This document shows, in pieces, positions 1 through 10,351 of a stretch of DNA of 64,000 nt (positions are counted from its first letter, which is position 1; each line of letters opens with the position of its first letter). Source of the DNA: Kiritimatiellia bacterium (GTDB lineage Bacteria; Verrucomicrobiota; Kiritimatiellia; JAAZAB01); contig JAXGPF010000005.1 in assembly GCA_040767085.1 (NCBI GenBank), forward strand, positions 256,001 through 320,000, read 5' to 3'. The notes beneath the pieces were generated by a model, which saw only the letters and a program-made list of their open reading frames with translations, searched no databases and was not told the DNA's origin. The position numbers and the translations under genes are program-made.

Positions 1-25
1 GCCGGCCGGTTGCATCCCGGAAAGA

Positions 26-3000
26 TCACGGTTCATATTCCGTCGGTGTCATGCCCCGCTCCATCTGCACGGCATCCACCCACATGTTATCGCCCGGATT
101 GCCTATAATCCAGATATAAAACATGTTGCGATGATACAAGCCTGGCGGAATGATATCCGCCACATAATACCGCCGCCACTCGGTTGTTAATTCAAAAGTT
201 TCGCCTTTCCAGGACGCGGAATTGATGCGAGCCTTGACCCCCGGCCGATTGGCGCGCATATACGCCGAAAAGACGTATGGTTCCGGCTGGGACACCTGGG
301 GCGACACGGTGATGCTGAGCGCATCCCGATTGCCGATCCCGGGGATATCGTCTTCGCTGATTACCCGCAGGCATAGATTACCGTGAAAAGGATTGTCGTT
401 GACCGCCGTGAAGAACGGCGCCGGACCGCCAAGCCGGTTTTTCGGTGAAAACTTGTGTTTGCGGTTGATGACCCAAACGTAATCGGGCCAGCCCGGCAAT
501 GAACATTCCTCAAAGCTGGAATTCGGCAGAATATTTTTCCGGTCGGGACGCCCCCTGGTGGTAAAGCCCGGCGGCTCCGGCGCGAATTGTTCCGGGTGGC
601 CGTCCGACCTGACCATGATTTCCGGCGGCGCGGAGCCGTCATACGTGTACGCGCAGGTGGCATAGCCGGCCAGGGAATCCTGCAAGGCGCCATTTTTGAC
701 GGTGTATGACTTATCGTCAAACAAACCGGCAAGCGTCGCTCCATCTTGAACGCCCGCCAATTCAAAGGCCGCATCTACCGGATACGGCATGCTGTTGGCC
801 GCAAGGAGCGTATATCCGCCCGCGGGATTGGCGAACAAGGCCGCCTGCACTTCCGGAAAAATATTATTGGATGGGTCCAACTGCCCCGGCGCGTAGGCGA
901 TGGCGCACGACGGAGCCGGGGCCACGATCATCGGCCCCAACACCCGCATTTCAGCGCCCAACTCGGCCAGGATGTCAAAAGTGGCCTGGTGTCCCACCGG
1001 GTAATACCAGTAAACAATCCCCTTCGCGCCATGAATCAACGCCAGGTACGTCTGCACCCGCTGTTCGCGGGGTAAAAGCGCCCGTTTGTATGTTCCGCTG
1101 GTGCGTTCCGCCTGCGGCACAATCATGATCGGCTGGCGGAATCGCGCGGGCGCGGCCAGCAAATTGATTTCATGCGTCCTCCGGCTGACCCAGTTGGGCG
1201 AACCGATATGGGTCGGACGGCCCGGCGTCCAATAAGGATCGGTCATCAGCACGTCAAACCAATCGGTATATTTATCGCCGGCCGGGATAAACGAGGAATA
1301 ATTCACAAACGCAGGACGGTATCCGTCCGCCTGCCGGATGATTTCATACACGGCGCGCCCGGCAACGCTGACATCATACACCGTATATCTTGGTTCGTCC
1401 CAGGCAAAGTACCCCATGATATTAGGCAAATCACAAACCGACTCAACCCCCTTGACGATCAATGGCGCCTGGCTAACCATAATATCATCCAAAACCATTT
1501 GCGTGGCCCGCGCATGCCCGGCTTTTTTCAGCCGGGCATTCACGGCTTGCGCGGATTCTTTGGCCGGGCCAAAGAATTGCCGGGCATAGGGAATGAAATC
1601 CAGATTATGCCGGGCAGCCATTTCCGCAAATGATTGCACATCCCGGTAATCCCCGGAGCCGCGATTCCAATGGACGATACAATTGAACACCTGCCCCAAT
1701 TCCCGCCATTCCGCCGCGTCGTCAAGATTGATCAACGCGCAAATGCCAAATGGGAAATGCGGGCGGCCGTTTTTCATCAAGACCCGGTTGACATGGTCAA
1801 TCTTCCATTCCAAGCCCGGCCGCGAAGCTTTTTTATCCAGGAACACTTTCTGCCGGGCAACCAGGGCATCATCCGGCAAACAAAGCTCCACTTTGACAGC
1901 ATGCCGCCCTGCGACCAAGCCGGCCAGGGGAATTTCCAGAACGGTTGCATTCCCGGACACCGCCGCAGACGCCATCACGCCGCCCGACGAATCCCGCGCT
2001 TTCAGGCGCAAGTTCTTGTTCAGGGGATTTTTTACCGTCGTCAGACAAATAATTTCAGCGGCCTTTTCGTCCGTGTAGAACGACCGGCCGGCATAAGCCT
2101 TCAACAAGTCCATACCCGCCATTCGATCCGGCGCCAGCTCCGCCGATTGCAGCAAGGCGCCGCTCAGCGCATCCCGCACCGTCACCCGCAGCCGACTGGC
2201 GCCGGGATGCTTCACCGGCACGCGCAACGGCTCCAGGCGTTTTTCCCCTCCCTGGAAAGACAACGCCGTCCGCCACTCATGCGGCGCGGCCGCATCCGGT
2301 ATTTCGCAAATCGCCACCTCCGACGTGCCCGGCGTGTCGAAAGCGTTTGCCAACTCCAATTGCACCGTGCATTCCTTCCGCATGATATCGTAATCGCTGA
2401 CGGTAATATTGCCCAATATCGGAAAAAATGGAGCATTGACTGGAATGTCGCCTAGTCCTTGCATGGGGATGAAATGTTCCGGCTCGTGATAACTGCGGAC
2501 CAACGGCGCCCAACTGGCATGTTCCCGCTCGTGTCCCATGGAGACATCCTCCACCGTGCTGATTGGGATCATGCGATTGATGCAAAGGTTTATCCGGGCT
2601 TGCTTCAAATCGCCGCTGGATGACAGCAAAGCCAGGGGGATGGCGATTTCGGCATTCCATCCCTTGTCGGTCAATTTTGCGGCATAACGCCAGGGAATCG
2701 GCCGCTGAATCTTTGATGTTATATCGCTCCCGGCGGCGATATTCCTTCGCGCGCCGCCGTAGCCCGCGGCGTTCAATCCAAACTGGTAATATACTTGGCC
2801 TTCCGCGCCCGGATCGACAAATACTTCAACGGAATCATCCCGGATTACATCCAGACTCCTATCCAACACCCTGGTGATGATTTCCGACGGTTTGGGATGA
2901 ACGATTTCAAACCCGACAAACAGCCAGGTATTGTCCGCCATGAGCATGGCGCGCTGTTCAGTCATGACGTCATTGCCCCCCAGGCGGCGGAATCCTCGAA

Positions 3001-3202
3001 TTTCCGCCGCCTGGCGCCAGGCCGCATCCCCCAACTCACCATCCAGAGCCGGCATACCGACGGCCACCGGTATTTCGCATTCAGCAATGAGCGGGCCATC
3101 CGCCCGGGCCGCGGCCGGCCAGAGGCTGATAATATTCACCAGGCCCATTCCGAGGATTAACCTGACCGAACTTGTGATCTTTGTTTGGATTGGATTGAGC
3201 AT
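26..3202 (-). CDS. Large secreted multidomain carbohydrate-active-like protein (N-terminal CBM9-like domain, central glycoside-hydrolase-like barrel, C-terminal CBM-like domain)
   Basis: 1058-aa ORF with signal peptide (..PAAARA/DG) and an AGAGGGG RBS. CBM9-like motifs PALDGELGDAAW..DDSVEVFVDP..WNAEIAIP; central YFAWDEP; C-terminal NILPNSSFE..WVDAVQMERG. Confidence 0.7.
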   Translation of the reverse strand: MLNPIQTKITSSVRLILGMGLVNIISLWPAAARADGPLIAECEIPVAVGMPALDGELGDAAWRQAAEIRGFRRLGGNDVMTEQRAMLMADNTWLFVGFEIVHPKPSEIITRVLDRSLDVIRDDSVEVFVDPGAEGQVYYQFGLNAAGYGGARRNIAAGSDITSKIQRPIPWRYAAKLTDKGWNAEIAIPLALLSSSGDLKQARINLCINRMIPISTVEDVSMGHEREHASWAPLVRSYHEPEHFIPMQGLGDIPVNAPFFPILGNITVSDYDIMRKECTVQLELANAFDTPGTSEVAICEIPDAAAPHEWRTALSFQGGEKRLEPLRVPVKHPGASRLRVTVRDALSGALLQSAELAPDRMAGMDLLKAYAGRSFYTDEKAAEIICLTTVKNPLNKNLRLKARDSSGGVMASAAVSGNATVLEIPLAGLVAGRHAVKVELCLPDDALVARQKVFLDKKASRPGLEWKIDHVNRVLMKNGRPHFPFGICALINLDDAAEWRELGQVFNCIVHWNRGSGDYRDVQSFAEMAARHNLDFIPYARQFFGPAKESAQAVNARLKKAGHARATQMVLDDIMVSQAPLIVKGVESVCDLPNIMGYFAWDEPRYTVYDVSVAGRAVYEIIRQADGYRPAFVNYSSFIPAGDKYTDWFDVLMTDPYWTPGRPTHIGSPNWVSRRTHEINLLAAPARFRQPIMIVPQAERTSGTYKRALLPREQRVQTYLALIHGAKGIVYWYYPVGHQATFDILAELGAEMRVLGPMIVAPAPSCAIAYAPGQLDPSNNIFPEVQAALFANPAGGYTLLAANSMPYPVDAAFELAGVQDGATLAGLFDDKSYTVKNGALQDSLAGYATCAYTYDGSAPPEIMVRSDGHPEQFAPEPPGFTTRGRPDRKNILPNSSFEECSLPGWPDYVWVINRKHKFSPKNRLGGPAPFFTAVNDNPFHGNLCLRVISEDDIPGIGNRDALSITVSPQVSQPEPYVFSAYMRANRPGVKARINSASWKGETFELTTEWRRYYVADIIPPGLYHRNMFYIWIIGNPGDNMWVDAVQMERGMTPTEYEP

Positions 3203-3222
3203 AATATCCCCTCTTTATCATG

Positions 3223-6200
3223 TTAAGGTAAATTTAACGATTGCCGGCCGCCCAAGACCCAGAAAATAACCCGGTTGGGTGGAATGGATAATCCGGCGCG
3301 GCCGTTAAAGTCCTTGACCACGCCGTGTGAAAAATCTGCCAGCAAGGGCGGAATGCGTTCATCATGCCAGCTCAGGTCAACATTGATTGCTGCGTCCGTC
3401 GGATTGTAAACGCCCAGGACATGCAAGCCGCCGTCGGACACCAGCAGGCTGGAATCCAGCGCATCCGCGCCTTCCCCGGTCAACTGGACCACGAAATCTC
3501 CGGCCAAATCATCAACCAGGGCGCGGAAAAATCCAGCCGGGCCGGAATCATCAAGGCGTTCGCTCAGCCAGACAGGCAAGTAAAGCAGGCGGCCCTTCCC
3601 CACATTGCGTTCGAACACCACCGGCCGGCCGGCGGTGGATGTCAGGCGCACCTTGGCGCCGTCCGGTTCCGCGGCCGTAATCTTGCCGCTGAAATTGAAG
3701 GCGCCAGCCCCGGCCACGCTCAGTTGAATTTCCTCCGGCGCGCCGGTCCGCCGGACTCCGGCCAGGCCCTGCATGATTGGATTATTCAACACTTCACCTT
3801 CGGCCAAGACGCAGCCGCCCTGTTGCAGATAGTCTTGAATGATTGCGGCCATGTCATCCGCGAGGGCGTCATACGACGCCAGGACCAGGACGGGGTATTC
3901 CTTCAGATTATCCATGGTGAAATATTTGGACATAACCAGGTCGCATTGAAAATTATGCAGATACACGATGCCCTGCAGCCGGATGTCATATTGCGTGCCG
4001 AAATAATCGCCGGCGGCTTTTACCCAGCGTCCCTGGCGGATATCCTCAATCATCCCGGCGCGGTCGCGCAGCAGGGCGGCGCGTTTCGCCGGACGGGCGC
4101 GGGCAATCAGGTCGCCCAGCCCGGTATATTCATAAAACTGAAGGTTGCGTTTGGCTTCGTCGTAATATTCCGCCCAGGTATCGGTCCGACAGGGCGGAAA
4201 CACAATCAACGACTGCAAGCCCCACATCATCTGGTGGTCATGCGCCGTGCCCAGGTCGCGGGTGAGTCCCATGGAAAGGAACCCGGTAGATCCGCGATTA
4301 TCGAACATGGCGCGCATCAGCTTGCGGAACCACTTGAAGCGGTTGCAGGGTGGTCCCCAGATATCCATGGACTGCATGTCGAAAAATTCCGCGTGGAGTT
4401 CCCAGTCATGAGGCCCGCCTTCAAGGCGGGCGATGGTGGAAGCGGCATCGCTGTCCCCGACAATGATCTCAGGATTGACAGCCTTGATAGCGCGGGTCAT
4501 ATCCCGCACCAGATCGGTATAGACATCCATCTCGAAGAAAACGGTGTTGTGATGGGCGGGATCGGCCAGTGATTCCACCCGCGCGGGAGCGGCCGGTTCC
4601 ATGCCGTATTTAGCCTGAAAGGCCTGCCGGCCGAATTCGCGCACATGCCCGGCGGGATCGTGCGGATTGGCAATCATGTATTTGGTTTCTTCAAACAACC
4701 AACACATGTCCAGATCGTAGGCGGCGATTTCCTCGGCGGCGCGGATGGCATATTCACGGAATCGCAGCAAATCCGCCTGCGACTCGACGAATCCCGGCGG
4801 CGCCTTATCTCCGAAAAAAATGCTGTTGCCGGAGGTCTTGCCAAGTTTCGACAACATGCCGGTGCCGCCCCACTGGACGCCCATGCCCCGCGCATGCGCC
4901 AATTCCAGCAGTTTGCCCAGGTATTCCGAACGCGGATCAGCGTTGTCCAACCAGCGGCTTTTCCAGAACGGCCCGGCGGCATAGACGCTCAGGTAATTGC
5001 CGCCGCGGCGTCGCACCCAGTCCAGCACATGCGGCAGATTTTCCCACGGGGTTGCGCCGCCGGTATACAGCGGCTGGGGGCGGCCCCGCGCCGCCAGGCC
5101 GTCGTGGTATCCGCGGATTAACTCCCGGTTTAGCCGCGGAACTCGGGCTGACGGCGGAACATCTTCCCTTTTTTGCACCGGCGCCGTCAACACCAGGGCG
5201 GGATTATTCAAGGCTCTGGCTTCACGCGGAAACGGCAGCCAGCCGCTGCCTTCCGGCAGGGGCAGCCAGGCGCCGCGCAAGGCGTTGGTCAGAGCGGCCC
5301 ATTCCGCCTCAACAGATAAATCCATATCCGATTGGACGGCGCGCAGAGACGGCGGAAAACATCCGTCAAATATTTCGCCGACGGTTTGCCCGGTTTGAGT
5401 ATCCTCCAAGGCATACCAATCCCCGTCAGCGGAAGCCGCGGCCTCGCGCTGCGCCAACACCCCGGCCCGGCTGCATGGAAATCGCTCCACGGCATCCGGT
5501 TTGGCCCAGCGCAGGATATCGGGGGGGGTGCCGGCGCCATGGCCGTAGCCGCCGCGGCCTGGCATCCAGTCGGTTGTGATTTTCAAGCCGCTGCCATGGG
5601 CCCGCCACTCGAGCGACCGGGCGCCGTTATAAAGCATGATGCTTATGATTGGCTGACCGTCATCTCCGGTATATTCAACCACCGCCCGCACCGGTCCGCG
5701 TTCCGCCACCCGGCATCCGGTTATCCGCGCGCCCCGCACATCTATCCGGCTGCCGGGATAACCGTTGCCGTCCGGCCATTGCCCGTGTGAATCGCTCAAT
5801 TGATTCCCCCCGGGATTAAACCGGGGCGCCAGATACGCCAGCCGGGGCTCGGCCCGGCGCAGCACGGCGCGCAACCGGCAATTAACGAGTTCGATCCGAT
5901 CATCATATTCCTGCACTATCAGGTCGGCCTTGCCGTCCGGGGGGGGCTCGCCCGCGCCGCCGCAATAAACAAAAAACAGGCGATGCTCATGCGCCAGGAA
6001 ATCGGCTGCAAAAACAACTTCAACCAGGTTGGTATTCGGGCTGGTTGGGCGCAATTGGAAAGGCACATCTTCGCCCCAGGGCGTCGCCACCCGCACAGAA
6101 TCGGACGCGGCGCCGCCTAAATCTATGGAAACCAACGCCGGCAAGGCAGCGCGGTCCATCCCCGAAGGCTCGAACACCAGCACCGGCACGCGCCGCGTCC

Positions 6201-7149
6201 AACGGGCATCCCGCCACGGGATGGATGGGGACGCGCGCAGATACAGCTGATTTATTTCAAGCATGCGGTCCGAGGGCGCATCCAGCGCCGGATAAGAAAA
6301 CAACCTTTGCATCGTTTCTTCCTGCGTGGATTCCGCGGGATTCATTTCCTGCGCCTGCAGCGTCAACCCGCCGAAAACCGCCGTCAACAGATTTTCCGTC
6401 CACCGCTCAATGATCAAACGCGGATGATTGTAAACCCGGGGACGCAGATTAAGCACCGGCATGGCGCCGAAGATCACCCGTCCGGCGCCCTCCACGCCGT
6501 CCTGCACAGCCATGGCGGCGCGCTCCGGGTAGTCGCGATCGCACATCAGCGTTTTGACTCCGGCGGCCCGATCGGCGGCCGTCAGCGTGAAATAAGCAAA
6601 ACCGGCCGATGGCGGCATGCGCTTGACGTCTTTGGCCATGATGGCGGCCAGATCGTTGGGGGTTTTCAACAACAAGTGATTTTCACCGGCAGCAAGCGTC
6701 ACGTGGTAGCGATCAGGCGGCACTGCCCGCGATGGCACGCGCACGCCCAATTTTTCCAGCGTCTTCGACGCCTGTCCGGCCAGCGGAAACGCCATATGAT
6801 GCAGATACAGCGTACCGCCGGCTTTGAAAAAAGACGCCAGCGCGGATTGGGTTTCCGGGCGCAAGAGGATATCGGAACGCGCCAGCATCCATAAAGGCGA
6901 TTGCATAGCCGCCTGTTCCCAGCCGGGGACAAGATCGTCAGGAGCGCAAGCGACAATTTGCAATCCGTACCGGGATGGAATCCATTCCGGGCTGCTCATA
7001 TGGTCGCCGGTCGTATCGGGATTGCCTTTTTGTCCGATGGCGGTTTGATAAACAAAAACGCTCTGCTTGAACTCATGCGCGTTTGTTCCGGCGCGGACCG
7101 ATCCCGCGGCCAGCAGTATTGCAAAATTTACGGCAAATGTTTTATTCAT
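3223..7149 (-). CDS. Large secreted glycoside-hydrolase-like protein with C-terminal beta-galactosidase trimerisation-like domain
   Basis: ATG 7149 after GGAGG; signal peptide MNKTFAVNFAILLAAGSVRA; C-terminal NLKEYPVLVLASYDAL..IQDYLQQGGCVLAEG..GKGRLLYLP. Confidence 0.6.
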   Translation of the reverse strand: MNKTFAVNFAILLAAGSVRAGTNAHEFKQSVFVYQTAIGQKGNPDTTGDHMSSPEWIPSRYGLQIVACAPDDLVPGWEQAAMQSPLWMLARSDILLRPETQSALASFFKAGGTLYLHHMAFPLAGQASKTLEKLGVRVPSRAVPPDRYHVTLAAGENHLLLKTPNDLAAIMAKDVKRMPPSAGFAYFTLTAADRAAGVKTLMCDRDYPERAAMAVQDGVEGAGRVIFGAMPVLNLRPRVYNHPRLIIERWTENLLTAVFGGLTLQAQEMNPAESTQEETMQRLFSYPALDAPSDRMLEINQLYLRASPSIPWRDARWTRRVPVLVFEPSGMDRAALPALVSIDLGGAASDSVRVATPWGEDVPFQLRPTSPNTNLVEVVFAADFLAHEHRLFFVYCGGAGEPPPDGKADLIVQEYDDRIELVNCRLRAVLRRAEPRLAYLAPRFNPGGNQLSDSHGQWPDGNGYPGSRIDVRGARITGCRVAERGPVRAVVEYTGDDGQPIISIMLYNGARSLEWRAHGSGLKITTDWMPGRGGYGHGAGTPPDILRWAKPDAVERFPCSRAGVLAQREAAASADGDWYALEDTQTGQTVGEIFDGCFPPSLRAVQSDMDLSVEAEWAALTNALRGAWLPLPEGSGWLPFPREARALNNPALVLTAPVQKREDVPPSARVPRLNRELIRGYHDGLAARGRPQPLYTGGATPWENLPHVLDWVRRRGGNYLSVYAAGPFWKSRWLDNADPRSEYLGKLLELAHARGMGVQWGGTGMLSKLGKTSGNSIFFGDKAPPGFVESQADLLRFREYAIRAAEEIAAYDLDMCWLFEETKYMIANPHDPAGHVREFGRQAFQAKYGMEPAAPARVESLADPAHHNTVFFEMDVYTDLVRDMTRAIKAVNPEIIVGDSDAASTIARLEGGPHDWELHAEFFDMQSMDIWGPPCNRFKWFRKLMRAMFDNRGSTGFLSMGLTRDLGTAHDHQMMWGLQSLIVFPPCRTDTWAEYYDEAKRNLQFYEYTGLGDLIARARPAKRAALLRDRAGMIEDIRQGRWVKAAGDYFGTQYDIRLQGIVYLHNFQCDLVMSKYFTMDNLKEYPVLVLASYDALADDMAAIIQDYLQQGGCVLAEGEVLNNPIMQGLAGVRRTGAPEEIQLSVAGAGAFNFSGKITAAEPDGAKVRLTSTAGRPVVFERNVGKGRLLYLPVWLSERLDDSGPAGFFRALVDDLAGDFVVQLTGEGADALDSSLLVSDGGLHVLGVYNPTDAAINVDLSWHDERIPPLLADFSHGVVKDFNGRAGLSIPPNRVIFWVLGGRQSLNLP

Positions 7150-8251
7150 TGGCAACCTCCGTTTTAGCCGCCAGAATCGACAAAAACGTGTTAAAAAACT
7201 GCCGGCCGTGTTCCCGCATATCCGCCGGCAGCCGGGTGTACCACGGGAACTCAGTCAGGATCGGCACGGTGCTGAAACGCTCCAGGCATAACCGCGGCAG
7301 GTAGCCGGCGGGCGCGGGCACCTGGTTGACATTCCAGAATTTCTGATCGCGCGACCGGTCGGGCGCCCGCGCGCGAAATTCATCCGCCAGGTCCGCGTCG
7401 CCCGCCCTGAACGAATCCGCCAGATGCGGCCCGGTATTATTATGCATATCCAAATAATACGCCGGACGCAAGCCGCAAATGAAATCCGCCAGGGCCCGGG
7501 CGCCGGCATCCGCCCCTGGCCGCACGGCCAGTTCCCGGCCGAAATTCACGCCGGTGGGCGCCAGGCAGCAATGGCCATGCGCCACCGCGTCGGGATTGAT
7601 CATCGGGAAAAAATGAAGATTTAACTTTGCCAAAATTTCCGCCACGCGATCCGGCTCCGCCGCGGCATATTCCAACCAGCCGGCCATGCAATAGGCGCCG
7701 GCGGTCTCGTACCCATGCGCCCGCGTGGTGACCGCCACGCGCCGGCCGGCCGGATTGCCGCAGCGCAAGCATGCCAGCGGCCGGCCTTCCGCGCTGCGCC
7801 CGATGTCCATCCGCTCGAACGGCGGCGCGCCGGCAAAGCGCTCCAGCAAGGCCAGGTAATCCCCGACGTCGAACTTCGGGGTGCAGCATAACAGATGCCG
7901 GCCGGGCGGAAGCACCACCTTCAAGACCGTCATGGCATTCGAGGATGAAATTGACAGCATGCGCCATGCTTTGCCCGAATCGTAGCCGATATACATGTAA
8001 TCGCGGCAATAATCGAACTTTGGCTCGGTCCAGGCGATTTTCAGCGGGACCAGCGCCGCGCGCGCGCCGGAATTGACTAATCCCACGTGCAGGTGAAAGG
8101 AATAGCCGGCCGGCGCGTTGGCTTCAAGCTGCTGCCGGATTTCGCAAACGCCATCCTGGTCAAACCGCACCATGCCGGCTGTTGCCGGGTTGGCATTGTC
8201 GAATCCAACTTCAATTGAGATTTCCGGCTGTTTGGGACTGGCGATCAGCAT
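7142..8251 (-). CDS. M14-family zinc carboxypeptidase-like protein
   Basis: IGRSAEGRPL, RAHGYETAG (HxxE), PMINPD, GVNFGR, LDMHN, TEFPW. Confidence 0.8.
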   Translation of the reverse strand: MLIASPKQPEISIEVGFDNANPATAGMVRFDQDGVCEIRQQLEANAPAGYSFHLHVGLVNSGARAALVPLKIAWTEPKFDYCRDYMYIGYDSGKAWRMLSISSSNAMTVLKVVLPPGRHLLCCTPKFDVGDYLALLERFAGAPPFERMDIGRSAEGRPLACLRCGNPAGRRVAVTTRAHGYETAGAYCMAGWLEYAAAEPDRVAEILAKLNLHFFPMINPDAVAHGHCCLAPTGVNFGRELAVRPGADAGARALADFICGLRPAYYLDMHNNTGPHLADSFRAGDADLADEFRARAPDRSRDQKFWNVNQVPAPAGYLPRLCLERFSTVPILTEFPWYTRLPADMREHGRQFFNTFLSILAAKTEVANE

Positions 8252-8268
8252 GCAAGCCTCATTCTGGA

Positions 8269-8303
8269 GTTCAAGGTTTTAGGTTCACGGTTCCGGGTTC
8301 GGT
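8269..8303. repeat. Degenerate heptamer tandem repeat (GTTCNNG-like x5) overlapping the DUF4838 gene stop
   Basis: gttcaag gttttag gttcacg gttccgg gttcggt. Confidence 0.55.
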
Positions 8304-10295
8304 ATTCAGCAGCAGAGTTTCCCCGACGATGTCCATCCACCGCCCCAGCATCCCGCGGCGCAGGCGCTGCTGGTATTGAAACCACATGGCGGCGATCCAA
8401 AAGCCATCGCGATGGGCATCCACCCATTTCATCAAACGCGAACGGCATTCAACCGCTCGTTCAATCAATGCTTGTTCCCCGCAAGACTGCGCCCATGCAC
8501 GCAGCTCCGATCCATCATCCGCCAGCACCGGCGGCGCGCCACGCTCAACCAAACCCCAGGCCGCCGCACAGGCTTCGGCATACAAATCAAGAAAAGCCAG
8601 TCCCTCCCGCACGAAACCGATGCGGGCGGCGATGGCTGCATCATCCCCGGCGGCAATCCAGGCGGCTTCCAGCTCGGCCCGGCGCGCCCGGCGCCATGCT
8701 TCCGGATACAACGCGGCCACGGCCGCCTCATGCCGCAGGCCGGTCTGTTCGAAATTTTCCCAACGTTCCTGGAATGCCATCCAGTATTTTTGCATGGCGC
8801 CGGCGGCCGGACCGAATCCCGCCCGGCAGTAATCTTCCAGGATGCCCTCAAAATCAAGCTCCGGATTCCACAACATGCGGGCGGCGGCATAATAGACCAG
8901 TCCGTTCGATGCGAAATCCAGGCCGGCCTGCGCCGCGAAATACCGGCAGCCGGCATGATGGTAATCGCGTATGCTCCGGCACAGGATCCGGGCAAAGCCG
9001 CGCGGCAGGCTGCCGTTGGCGCCGTTGACGAAGTAATCGTAAATGCCGCGCCGTTCCGCCACATCACCGAGCTGCGCGAGCAGGCGCCGGTCTTCCGCGG
9101 CGATCTTGGCGTCCGCGTGCAGGAAACTCATGGCGCAGAACTGGGCCATGACATTCGGATGCAGGCGCACGCCGCGGGGCGGCCGGCGGTAAACGCTGTA
9201 AACCAGCATCACCAGCAATTTATCGGGATAAACCCGCGCCACCTGTTCCGCCACGGCATTGGCAAACCGGAATATCCGCGCCGTGATGGCGGCGGTCGTA
9301 TTGGATGCGGTATCCGCCCCGGCCGACTCGTCGGTCAGTTTTTCCATGGCGGCCGTTTTGTCAGCCGCCCCGGCAGTTTCATCCTGCGCCCGGCAGGCCG
9401 GGCACTCGCAAAAGCCCGCGCCGTCGTTCAGGCTGATGCTGAAGGCATCCAGTTCCGGACGCGCGCGGAACTGCGCCATGACATATTCCGCCGTCAGGCG
9501 CACCACTGCCGGATTGCTGGTGCAGGGCTGGTTGCCATGCTTGCCGTCCCGGCGCGCCGTATCGCGCGCGCCGTTGATCAGGGCAAAATATTCCGGATGC
9601 GCGCGCCCGTGCGCCTCCGGCGGGCAGATCTGGCACCAGCGGTGCCCATCCGCTATGTTTAAGCCGCCCAGCCGGTTGCGCTGCTGCCAGAGTTCCAGCG
9701 CCGACAAGGCCGCCGGGCTTACCCCGCCAAATTTCATTTCCGCCAGCCACGGATCGCAGGCGCCGTAAAACGCCCCGCCCAGCCATAGCCGGCGCCAGGC
9801 CCAGGCCGGCCGATGCCGCGTTATGCCCGGCGGCCAGGCTACGTTGATTGCCGGCGGACACACGGTCCCGCAATCCCCGCCGGCGCGTCCGACACGGCCC
9901 GCACCGACCGCACTGCCGGAACGGCTCGTTCCCGGCCAGAGCCAGCGTACACCGAACGCCTGCTCCAGGAAATAATGCACGGCATGTCCCATGGCGGCGG
10001 CGGTGGAAGCGGCCAGGGAAACGCCATCGGCCTGCGCCGATATTTCAAACTCCTCGCGTTCCAGGACGCGTTCCGGGCAAAAACGCAACTCCAGGCGCAC
10101 CGGCATGGCCCGGCCGCCGTTCGACCAGGCAACCGGCTGCCCGAGGCATTTTTCGCAATGCAAAACCAGATCCGCGATGGCGGCGCGGATGGGTTCCGCA
10201 TCCTGCGGCGGCTGGACATCCAGCGCAAACCGGGCTTGTCCGTTTTGCACCAGCCAGATTGCTTGATCGGGATGACTCATAGGTTTGCATTGCAT
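8271..10295 (-). CDS. DUF4838 domain-containing protein (start may be ATG 10280)
   Basis: FLEQAFGVRWLWPG, HPEYFALING, QPCTSNPAV, SISLNDGAGFCECPAC, YAAARMLWNP..LEDYCRAGFGPAA. Confidence 0.75.
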   Translation of the reverse strand: MQCKPMSHPDQAIWLVQNGQARFALDVQPPQDAEPIRAAIADLVLHCEKCLGQPVAWSNGGRAMPVRLELRFCPERVLEREEFEISAQADGVSLAASTAAAMGHAVHYFLEQAFGVRWLWPGTSRSGSAVGAGRVGRAGGDCGTVCPPAINVAWPPGITRHRPAWAWRRLWLGGAFYGACDPWLAEMKFGGVSPAALSALELWQQRNRLGGLNIADGHRWCQICPPEAHGRAHPEYFALINGARDTARRDGKHGNQPCTSNPAVVRLTAEYVMAQFRARPELDAFSISLNDGAGFCECPACRAQDETAGAADKTAAMEKLTDESAGADTASNTTAAITARIFRFANAVAEQVARVYPDKLLVMLVYSVYRRPPRGVRLHPNVMAQFCAMSFLHADAKIAAEDRRLLAQLGDVAERRGIYDYFVNGANGSLPRGFARILCRSIRDYHHAGCRYFAAQAGLDFASNGLVYYAAARMLWNPELDFEGILEDYCRAGFGPAAGAMQKYWMAFQERWENFEQTGLRHEAAVAALYPEAWRRARRAELEAAWIAAGDDAAIAARIGFVREGLAFLDLYAEACAAAWGLVERGAPPVLADDGSELRAWAQSCGEQALIERAVECRSRLMKWVDAHRDGFWIAAMWFQYQQRLRRGMLGRWMDIVGETLLLNTEPGTVNLKP

Positions 10296-10351
10296 TATAA
10301 TTAGGGCAAGTTATAATCCAACCTGTTTATGGTTTATCCGATTGGATTCTG

